A DNA stretch of 64,000 nucleotides from an uncultured virus (IMG/VR IMGVR_UViG_3300027770_000035) (Duplodnaviria > Heunggongvirae > Uroviricota > Caudoviricetes): IMG/VR virus record IMGVR_UViG_3300027770_000035. One strand, given 5' to 3'. Below, one piece after another: positions 47,976-54,815 of this stretch (its first letter is position 1; the number at the start of each line of letters is the position of its first letter). The position numbers and the translations under genes are program-made. A model generated the notes under the pieces. The model had not been told where the DNA came from, searched no databases, and saw only the letters and a program-made list of their open reading frames with translations.

Positions 47976-48050
47976 TGGCACTGCCGTCAAGACTCGAACT
48001 TGAAATATCTGAGTCAAAGTCAGATGTGTTACCAATTACACCACGGCAGT
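47976..48050 (-). tRNA. tRNA-Gln(TTG)
   Basis: Cloverleaf; TCTGA-CTTTGAC-TCAGA; CCA encoded. Confidence 0.93.
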
Positions 48051-48054
48051 AACT

Positions 48055-48129
48055 TGGCTCCCAGACCAGGACTCGAACCTGGAACCATCCGGTTAACAGC
48101 CGAATGCTCTACCATTGAGCTATCTGGGA
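48055..48129 (-). tRNA. tRNA-Asn(GTT)
   Basis: Cloverleaf; CTGTTAA loop; CCA encoded. Confidence 0.95.
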
Positions 48130-48135
48130 ATATTG

Positions 48136-48211
48136 TGGAGCCTCGTGCCGGGATTGAACCAGCGACATCCAGTTTACAAAACTGGCGCTCTACCAACTGA
48201 GCTAACAAGGC
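48136..48211 (-). tRNA. tRNA-Thr(TGT)
   Basis: Cloverleaf; CCAGT-TTTGTAA-ACTGG; CCA encoded. Confidence 0.95.
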
Positions 48212-48212
48212 T

Positions 48213-48289
48213 TGGTGATCTGTGAGAGATTCGAACTCCCGACCCTAGAGGTAGAAGCTCCATGCTCTATCCAACTGAGCTAACAGACC
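48213..48289 (-). tRNA. tRNA-Arg(TCT)
   Basis: Cloverleaf; CTTCTAC loop; CCA encoded; TATAAATA at 48295-48302. Confidence 0.95.
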
Positions 48290-48302
48290 AAACTTATTTA
48301 TA

Positions 48303-48644
48303 TTAGTCAACGATATTCAATCCAATCTGTCTGAGACAACTCTCGATCTCTTTAGTCAACGTTCCTTCTGCGACAAAGCCTCCACTAACACACATGCCAG
48401 AACAATACCAATCCATGTAGTCCTCGTTCAGTATGCCGACCAGACTTCGAATCTCGGCAACAATTCCACCAGAAGATCTCCAGGAATATGAAGCGACGAC
48501 ATCAATATCATCTACTGTATATTCCATATTGCAGAAGGCAGCATAGAAATTCTGAGCAAATGAATCATCGATGAACCTCCCAAGGAATGAGGAAGACTTC
48601 ACTCTGTCAATCAGATCAGTATCATCGAAATATTTCTTTGTCAT
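48303..48644 (-). CDS. Conserved phage hypothetical protein
   Basis: AQNFYAAFCN, SWRSSGGIVA, DYMDWYCSG. Confidence 0.7.
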   Translation of the reverse strand: MTKKYFDDTDLIDRVKSSSFLGRFIDDSFAQNFYAAFCNMEYTVDDIDVVASYSWRSSGGIVAEIRSLVGILNEDYMDWYCSGMCVSGGFVAEGTLTKEIESCLRQIGLNIVD

Positions 48645-49039
48645 AGTGTCTCGTATCCATTATCTACTGTGTAGTATACATTCTTGATTTCAAATTCCGC
48701 AATGGCTCGTTGACAACCATCACAAGGTTTTGAGATTCCCCATACACCTTTATTCTTCACCCTGCAAATATAAAGTGACGACTTCTTTAGTTGCCAGAGA
48801 TCCAGCTGTCTCAGAGCATTCTTGATGGTTGCTATCTCGGCGTGAAGAAATATTCTGTGTTCAGTGTCAGCATACTTCTTCTGAAATGGTGAAGACTTAT
48901 AGGATGAAGTTCCGTATGCCACAATCCTATTCTTATATTCCAATGCAGCTGCCAGTTTGTAATTGGCGACCTTTGGAGTGAGAGCAGCAATCTCGGAAAG
49001 ATCCTGAAGTATTCTCAGGATCTTCTGTTCACTTTGCAT
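48641..49039 (-). CDS. Zinc-dependent cytidine/dCMP deaminase-like protein
   Basis: HAE and SKPCDGC motifs; start at MQSEQ. Confidence 0.85.
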   Translation of the reverse strand: MQSEQKILRILQDLSEIAALTPKVANYKLAAALEYKNRIVAYGTSSYKSSPFQKKYADTEHRIFLHAEIATIKNALRQLDLWQLKKSSLYICRVKNKGVWGISKPCDGCQRAIAEFEIKNVYYTVDNGYETL

Positions 49040-49205
49040 AAGACCAAGACCCAGCCCCAGATGCTTGGCCAAACCCATCATAAGACCAAGACCTAGACCA
49101 AGACCAATTATCAGACCCAGACCCAGACTTAGACCTAGACCTAGACCCAGATAGCCTAGCAGACCTAGACCCCACAATTCGTTTGTATCTTGATTTCTTT
49201 GTCAT
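49029..49205 (-). CDS. MTKKSRY-(Ser-X)n peptide, copy D (58 aa, degenerate)
   Basis: MTKKSRYKRIVGSRSARLSGSRSRSKSGSGSDNWSWSRSWSY... Confidence 0.65.
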   Translation of the reverse strand: MTKKSRYKRIVGSRSARLSGSRSRSKSGSGSDNWSWSRSWSYDGFGQASGAGSWSYAK

Positions 49206-49208
49206 ATA

Positions 49209-49352
49209 TTAAGACCCAGACCCAGACCCAGACCAAGACCCAGACCCAGACCTAGACCCAGACCCAGACCAAGACCCAGACCAAGACCCAGACCAAGACC
49301 CAGACCCAGACCAAGACCCCACAATTCGTTTGTATCTTGATTTCTTTGTCAT
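49209..49352 (-). CDS. MTKKSRY-(Ser-X)n peptide, copy C (47 aa)
   Basis: MTKKSRYKRIVGSWSGSGSW...SGSGS*. Confidence 0.7.
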   Translation of the reverse strand: MTKKSRYKRIVGSWSGSGSWSGSWSGSWSGSGSRSGSGSWSGSGSGS

Positions 49353-49355
49353 ATA

Positions 49356-49553
49356 TTATTTACCAGACCCATACCCAGACCTAGACCAAGACCCAGACCC
49401 AGACCTAGACCTAGACCTAGACCAAGACCAAGACCCAGACCAAGACCCAGACCTAGACCCAGACCTATACCTAGACCAAGACCTAGACCTAGACCCAGAC
49501 CCAGACCAAGACCCAGACCACATAATTCGTTTGTATCTTGATTTCTTTGTCAT
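49356..49553 (-). CDS. MTKKSRY-(Ser-X)n peptide, copy B (65 aa)
   Basis: MTKKSRYKRIMWSGSWSGSGSRSRSW...GYGSGK*. Confidence 0.7.
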   Translation of the reverse strand: MTKKSRYKRIMWSGSWSGSGSRSRSWSRYRSGSRSGSWSGSWSWSRSRSRSGSGSWSRSGYGSGK

Positions 49554-49654
49554 ATCGATATTGGTGTCAGATCCCCAATTCACGATTCGTTAACTAGACT
49601 TTTGTACATCATCTAGAGGGTGTCTGAACTTACCTGTGAACGACCAATCAGTTC

Positions 49655-49909
49655 CTACTTACCCGGACCGAAGCTTTCGATGGACTGAGTCGTGACAAAC
49701 CAGGTACCAGTAGGCAGAGTCTGAGCATCCTTATACCCAGCTTCGGTGAATGCACCAGTCTCATATACAATCTGAGCATCGGCCAGCTTGACATGAGATT
49801 TAGTGACCTCGGAGACCGTACCAGCATAGATGTAATTCGAGCAGAACAACATCACACTCTTACCCTGGAAAGAATCAAGACCTTCAACAACGTTATTGAG
49901 ATTTTTCAT
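49655..49909 (-). CDS. Small beta-barrel protein, Sm/LSm-like pattern
   Basis: L.SFQGKSV.L....YIY.GTV..V...HVKL.DA.IV ... WFV....IESF resembles Sm1/Sm2 strands; AAGGA SD. Confidence 0.55.
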   Translation of the reverse strand: MKNLNNVVEGLDSFQGKSVMLFCSNYIYAGTVSEVTKSHVKLADAQIVYETGAFTEAGYKDAQTLPTGTWFVTTQSIESFGPGK

Positions 49910-49961
49910 AATTTATTTTCCTTTTCCTTTTTACTCCTCTTTTATTATACTACGGAGTCAA

Positions 49962-50099
49962 CTACCAATTTATGAAACTTAAACGTATGCAATCATCATA
50001 GTCGTGACGATAGTCATCCGCTTCATTTTGATTGTACTGTTCGAAGTCATCCGGTTCGTAGAACTCTTCAGCAGAGACATCATCAAAGTCATCGTTCAT
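49962..50099 (-). CDS. Highly acidic 45-aa peptide
   Basis: MNDDFDDVSAEEFYEPDDFEQY...; TTGACA-17-TATACT-6-ATG promoter. Confidence 0.65.
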   Translation of the reverse strand: MNDDFDDVSAEEFYEPDDFEQYNQNEADDYRHDYDDCIRLSFINW

Positions 50100-50105
50100 A
50101 TTCAA

Positions 50106-50186
50106 AGTATACCGCATCCCTCGGAGGATGTCAAGAGGAATCTGAAAATAGTTTCTCTTGACAATCGAAGATCGACGCCCTATACT
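50106..50186. promoter_or_regulatory. Divergent sigma70-type promoter pair (both leaderless)
   Basis: TTGACA-17-TATACT on each strand (50106-50134 minus; 50158-50186 plus). Confidence 0.85.
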
Positions 50187-50192
50187 ATAGGT

Positions 50193-50618
50193 ATGAATAA
50201 GAAATTCTCACCTGAACTCCACGATGAGTTCGATGTATTTGGTCGGGAGATCGTGAAGAAGTTCTTGGCCAAGACAATGAAGCTGGAAGCCAGAGACAAT
50301 CCGGACCAGTATGGTATTGATCTGGTCCTATATAAGAATGATACAATCGTAGGATATGCCGAGGTTGAGGTTCGGACCAACTGGAATGCTCTGAACTTTC
50401 CTTTTGATGAACTGAATGTTCCACTGAGGAAAGGTAAGCTGTTCAACAACGATCTTCCTTCGCTGTTCTTCTCGGTGAACCAGCCGGGCACGGCATTGAT
50501 GTACTGTTCGTCTAATCTTGTGATGAGATCTCGGATCGAGAATTCTCCCAACAAGTATATGAGAGAAGAAATGTTCTTCAAGGTTCCAGTAGAGAAAATG
50601 AAGTTTGTGGTACTATAG
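50193..50618 (+). CDS. Putative PD-(D/E)XK-fold protein
   Basis: NPDQYGIDL...AEVEVR..W; start set by promoter. Confidence 0.55.
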   Translation: MNKKFSPELHDEFDVFGREIVKKFLAKTMKLEARDNPDQYGIDLVLYKNDTIVGYAEVEVRTNWNALNFPFDELNVPLRKGKLFNNDLPSLFFSVNQPGTALMYCSSNLVMRSRIENSPNKYMREEMFFKVPVEKMKFVVL

Positions 50619-50629
50619 GATAATATATA

Positions 50630-50788
50630 ATGAACCCAAAAACCAGATCACTACTCGAAGAAGCCAAGATGATGTTATATGGAGTGGCCTTGTTGTCCCA
50701 GAAGGATGTGCCTGTCAATCATGTGAATGTTATGAGGATTGTGAACAAGCTTGAGAAGGCGTTGGAAAAAGACGGAGTTGTGACTTAA
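50630..50788 (+). CDS. Small hypothetical protein (52 aa)
   Basis: MNPKTRSLLEEAK... ends at the terminator. Confidence 0.45.
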   Translation: MNPKTRSLLEEAKMMLYGVALLSQKDVPVNHVNVMRIVNKLEKALEKDGVVT

Positions 50789-50790
50789 AT

Positions 50791-50827
50791 AAAAAAAGGG
50801 AGCCAATGAAGGCTCCCTTTCTCTTTT
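50791..50827. terminator. Bidirectional terminator after gp23
   Basis: AAAGGGAGCC/GGCTCCCTTT stem with A and T runs. Confidence 0.85.
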
Positions 50828-50854
50828 ATATGCACCCTGGTAAGGATGCAGTGA

Positions 50855-52150
50855 TTACATGAGGTTGAGGACTTTGATCTTCCGGAAGTAACCATTAGCA
50901 TTGGCAGTAAGAGCACCAGGTGTGGTACCGAAGAAGGGATTACCAACAAGACCGTAACGAGTCTTGAAGCCAATCTTGGGCTGGAAGGTGTTCGGATCGA
51001 CTGCACGTACCTGCTGCAACGGTACATACGGACAGAAGAACATACCAGCATCATACGGAGACTTACCCTTGTAACCGACAACCATAAGATCATTGGTTGA
51101 AGAGTAGAAGTAGGGATCAATGAATACCTTGTACTTGCCGTTTAGTGTACCAGCAAATGTGTCGGTGGATTCGTCAACATTGAGATCTGTCTTGAGAGCA
51201 GGAGCATAATCAAGCTTACCTGACATAGCCAGAGCAGAAGCAACGTCTGAAGAAACAACAAGGAAGTTACCAGCACCACGACGAGTGTCCTTGGCAATGA
51301 AGTTAGCATCACGTTCGGCCTGGAACAGAAGACCCTTGAAACGTTCTACTGACCAACGGCCATCAGAATCGGTATCAAGATCGAATACACCAGGTGTGGT
51401 GGTATTCTTCTGGGCACCAACCTTCGCAACGTTATAGATGTTTCCCATAACTTCACGATTGATTTCGAACATGATTTCATTGGAGAGGATGTTGGAGAGT
51501 TCAGACTCAGCATCGAGACCGTGAACTGCCTTCAAATCCTGCGCCATTTCGATTGTGTATTCTGACTTCAGCGCACGAGTCTGGGCTGTGACAGTTACCT
51601 TATCGAGTGTGAAACCCATTTCGTTCGGAGTCAGACCTTCACCGTTGATTGTGGTCATACCATTACCAAAGGCATAACCAGAGGCAAACGGATCTGTACC
51701 AGCAGCAGCAGGAGAGGTAGCACCAGAGAACGCAGAGTCTACAACGCCTGTGGGAGGAATGTAAAGGGCTTCTGTGGAATTCGGACCCACCTGGCCATTG
51801 GTCGCACCACCAGAGGTTGCGTAGCGTGACTTCATGGCGAAGATCAAACCAGTCGGCATTTGCATCGGTTGAACGCCACAAACTTCATACGCCATTAGCG
51901 TAGGCATTGAACGACGAACCAAGGCGATGAGAATAGGATCGAAACCACCACCAGTGGCAGCAGTACCTTGCAGAGCAGAGGCATCACCAGTAGGATAGGC
52001 TTCCTGGATGATCTGGCCCTGTTTGATCGCTTCACGTTCCTGATTTTCGAGAAGGATCGCTGTTACCTGCTTGCGATACTTATCGGTGATGGGGGCGAGA
52101 TCTGCATGATCCAGAACTCCCTTCCATTTATTTAGTAGATTTGTTGACAT
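50855..52150 (-). CDS. gp23: Major capsid protein gp23
   Basis: KW..VL, LLENQ, GVQPM..PTGLIFA, ELSNILS.EI..EINRE, FQPKIGFKTRYG. Confidence 0.98.
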   Translation of the reverse strand: MSTNLLNKWKGVLDHADLAPITDKYRKQVTAILLENQEREAIKQGQIIQEAYPTGDASALQGTAATGGGFDPILIALVRRSMPTLMAYEVCGVQPMQMPTGLIFAMKSRYATSGGATNGQVGPNSTEALYIPPTGVVDSAFSGATSPAAAGTDPFASGYAFGNGMTTINGEGLTPNEMGFTLDKVTVTAQTRALKSEYTIEMAQDLKAVHGLDAESELSNILSNEIMFEINREVMGNIYNVAKVGAQKNTTTPGVFDLDTDSDGRWSVERFKGLLFQAERDANFIAKDTRRGAGNFLVVSSDVASALAMSGKLDYAPALKTDLNVDESTDTFAGTLNGKYKVFIDPYFYSSTNDLMVVGYKGKSPYDAGMFFCPYVPLQQVRAVDPNTFQPKIGFKTRYGLVGNPFFGTTPGALTANANGYFRKIKVLNLM

Positions 52151-52197
52151 TTATTTCTCCTTGAAAGATGTTAGAACTATACTATTATTTATAAAAA

Positions 52198-53367
52198 TTA
52201 AAACTTGAGGCTGCGAGAGATGGTATCTACATACTTAGACATGCGAGTATTTTCGTGGAGTAATTCTCCTTGAGGACCAGTTTCAGTCTCCAACTTGGTG
52301 TCACTCTTTATCACAGTCTTGGTGAATGCATTTTCCTTGATTACCGCAACTTTATTCTTGAAACTCTTCTCATCTTCAAAGGCCACATCTTCAGTTAGTT
52401 TCTTGAACTTTTCTACTTGTGTTGCTGTCAGTCCCTTGGATGATTCAAGGACTAACATTTCCTTGCGTTGTTTGTTGTACTTAATACGCAACTGAGCATT
52501 CTTTTCAATCTGTTCATTCAGCTTTTGTTCGGCTTCAGTTACTTTGGTTCCTAGTTCAACAACCATGTCACGAGTAGGAATATTTGTGAAATTGTACTGC
52601 TCATACATACCCTTCATATTGGATAGGAATGACTCAGCAATCTGTACCTTGATGCCATTTTCCAGAGCAATCTTATTGTTTTCTGCCCACTCTTCGGCAA
52701 CATATGTCAGGTACTTATCGAGCTTGTTTGTGAAGGCTTCGCTGTAAGCTTCTTCAGGAGCAACCATCGGCATTTCAGAAGGAGCAACTTTAACGAAAGA
52801 CTTGAGTCTGGCCACAGCAGTGGGATCTTTAGCCAAGAACTTTAGAATAGTTGCAAATGCATCCACAAACGGTTTGGCCATTTGATTATTATTTAGATCA
52901 TTGAAAGTGGCTGTGAATGCAGGTTTCAACTTTGTGAAAGTCGGTCCCATCAATGCACGGAAGGCTTGCTTAAATTCATTGTCCTTGGCAAGTTCAGGGA
53001 AGTCTGCCAGAGCTAATGAGGCAGGATCACTATCATCTTCCTCATACATTTCATCTTCGGCTTCAGGATCCATTGCTTCGGCTTCCATCTTCTTCTCGCC
53101 GTCGTCTTCGGCTTCAGGATCCATTTCTTCATCTTCGGCTTCAGGATCCATTTCTTTGTCTTTAGGATCCTTTTCGTCGTCTACTGTAGGATCCATTGCT
53201 TCGGCTTCCATCTTCTTCTCGCCGTCGTCTTCGTCGTCTTCATCGTCGTGTGCTTCCATACGAGTTGCAACAACATCTTCGAGCATCGCCGAGATCCGTT
53301 TCTTCGCATCTTCCTTGATGTCGTTACCTTCAAAGATAGCGTCGAAAGATAATTTATTTTTTGCCAT
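52198..53367 (-). CDS. gp22: Prohead core scaffold gp22
   Basis: LDKYLTYVAEEW..NN.IALE.G, ESF; acidic MDPEAED repeats; synteny. Confidence 0.9.
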   Translation of the reverse strand: MAKNKLSFDAIFEGNDIKEDAKKRISAMLEDVVATRMEAHDDEDDEDDGEKKMEAEAMDPTVDDEKDPKDKEMDPEAEDEEMDPEAEDDGEKKMEAEAMDPEAEDEMYEEDDSDPASLALADFPELAKDNEFKQAFRALMGPTFTKLKPAFTATFNDLNNNQMAKPFVDAFATILKFLAKDPTAVARLKSFVKVAPSEMPMVAPEEAYSEAFTNKLDKYLTYVAEEWAENNKIALENGIKVQIAESFLSNMKGMYEQYNFTNIPTRDMVVELGTKVTEAEQKLNEQIEKNAQLRIKYNKQRKEMLVLESSKGLTATQVEKFKKLTEDVAFEDEKSFKNKVAVIKENAFTKTVIKSDTKLETETGPQGELLHENTRMSKYVDTISRSLKF

Positions 53368-53409
53368 GAGTTGATGTCTCCTGTTTTCTTGTATTATTAT
53401 TTATATAAA

Positions 53410-54054
53410 TTAAAGTTCTGACAGCCATTCTTGAAAGATTCGAATCTTCTCTTCCATCAAGTCGTTCTGTGAAACTTTATTGAGTCGTTTCTTTATTTGT
53501 GAAGCTTTCTTTTCTTGCAGTTTGCCATTGTTCCAGATCCATTCCTTCTCTTCCATAACAGCAGTTACGAATGCCTCAGGAGCCGAAGGATCGGCAACAA
53601 TGTCAGCGGCAGTCATTAGTCTGAAGTCAGGCTGCACAATATTCTTGGCACCTTGCTGTTTCAGAGTTCCTACACCACGAGAAGAAACTCCCAGAGTCGC
53701 TCCAGCATCAATGAGTGCCTTGACGATATTACCATTGGGTGTTCCTAGAATTTCTGCTCTGCCAATGAAGTTATTGCCATCACGAGTCAGGGATCGAATC
53801 ATATGAGACACTCGCTCTAACTGAATGGTAGGAGTATCAGGATGACCCAGTTCACCATAGGCCCGATTGGTATCAATATGTTCTTTGCTATATCGATCTA
53901 TTTCTTCGGAGAGAGTATCGATAGGATACTCTCTGCCATTACGATTCACCATATCACCCTGAATGAAGATACCTTCCAGAAAGTATTTTCTGGTTCCATC
54001 TTTTCCTTCTGTGATTACCTTTACTGAATCGTGGACTTCTGTTAAGAGTTTCAT
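53410..54054 (-). CDS. gp21: Prohead protease gp21
   Basis: NRNGR.Y, GELGHP, VSSRG.G, D.VADPSAP. Confidence 0.97.
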   Translation of the reverse strand: MKLLTEVHDSVKVITEGKDGTRKYFLEGIFIQGDMVNRNGREYPIDTLSEEIDRYSKEHIDTNRAYGELGHPDTPTIQLERVSHMIRSLTRDGNNFIGRAEILGTPNGNIVKALIDAGATLGVSSRGVGTLKQQGAKNIVQPDFRLMTAADIVADPSAPEAFVTAVMEEKEWIWNNGKLQEKKASQIKKRLNKVSQNDLMEEKIRIFQEWLSEL

Positions 54055-54072
54055 TTAGACTTTGACAACTCC

Positions 54073-54630
54073 TTATAGATTTGAGTACTGTTGAGAGTAT
54101 CCGGTCGCACCAGACAAAGCAGGACCAGTCGAACCAGTCATAGAATAGAAACCAGTCGCACCAGAGTTATAGGTACCAGTCAGAGGCTGCTTCAATACAG
54201 TCATAAGCACTGTGTAATATCCAGTCGCCGCAGTAAGAGAAATCTGACCAGTCTTACCAGCAACCCCAACATTGTTCCAAGCATATGCAGAGTAATCTCG
54301 TTTGATTCTCATCTGACCACTACCACTTAAATTGCAGATATTAACAGGAGATGTGCCTACCCAACTAAGAGTGAGTGGCTGAGACGTTGACCAATTGATA
54401 GATTCGATTGCAAGTTCGGCTGCAATAAGTCCGGTGGATCCACCAATAATACCTGTGGCCCCTGCCGGAGACCAGGATCCTGTTGCACCAATTTGATTAC
54501 CAACCCAACCAGTTAGGAATGAAGGATCGACAATAACAGAAGCAGATTCAGCAACATTCGAACCTGTTACCAATATGGTTGCTCTGTGTTGATCCTGTCG
54601 TAGAATTTGCGCTGTTCCGTTAAATGCCAT
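54073..54630 (-). CDS. GATG-rich structural protein between gp67 and gp21
   Basis: Beta-rich, seven G/A-A/S-T-G motifs; AAGGA SD. Confidence 0.65.
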   Translation of the reverse strand: MAFNGTAQILRQDQHRATILVTGSNVAESASVIVDPSFLTGWVGNQIGATGSWSPAGATGIIGGSTGLIAAELAIESINWSTSQPLTLSWVGTSPVNICNLSGSGQMRIKRDYSAYAWNNVGVAGKTGQISLTAATGYYTVLMTVLKQPLTGTYNSGATGFYSMTGSTGPALSGATGYSQQYSNL

Positions 54631-54639
54631 ATGGTATCC

Positions 54640-54798
54640 TTAGTATTTCCTGATGATTTCTTGTTTCATATTATTCAGAATCTCAGTTGCCTTAGCATAA
54701 AGAATCTTACTGACAGGACTTTCCAGTTTTGATGGTTGATTCTTCTTTGTTGCTGTTAAGATATCTTCAATGTATTTATTCTCAGTGGATTTTTTCAT
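54640..54798 (-). CDS. Small prohead core protein, gp67-like (52 aa)
   Basis: MKKSTENKYIEDIL...KILYAKA...L...KQEI; GGAG SD; directly after portal. Confidence 0.6.
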   Translation of the reverse strand: MKKSTENKYIEDILTATKKNQPSKLESPVSKILYAKATEILNNMKQEIIRKY

Positions 54799-54815
54799 AT
54801 ATGCTCCAATAATAT

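Noticed and set aside
48000..48200. 66-aa plus-strand ORF
   Set aside because: Antisense to the tRNA genes
49040..49177. (LG)n N-terminal extension of the deaminase
   Set aside because: Alternative frame of peptide copy D; MQSEQ at 49039 is the more plausible start. A frameshift fusion cannot be fully excluded but no slippery site is visible
49029..49553. CRISPR array (30-bp repeats with spacers)
   Set aside because: Repeats are coding starts, the intervening sequence is low-complexity and of unequal length, and no cas genes are present
49330..49593. Poly-(DP/DL/DQ) ORF on the plus strand
   Set aside because: Antisense shadow of peptide copy B
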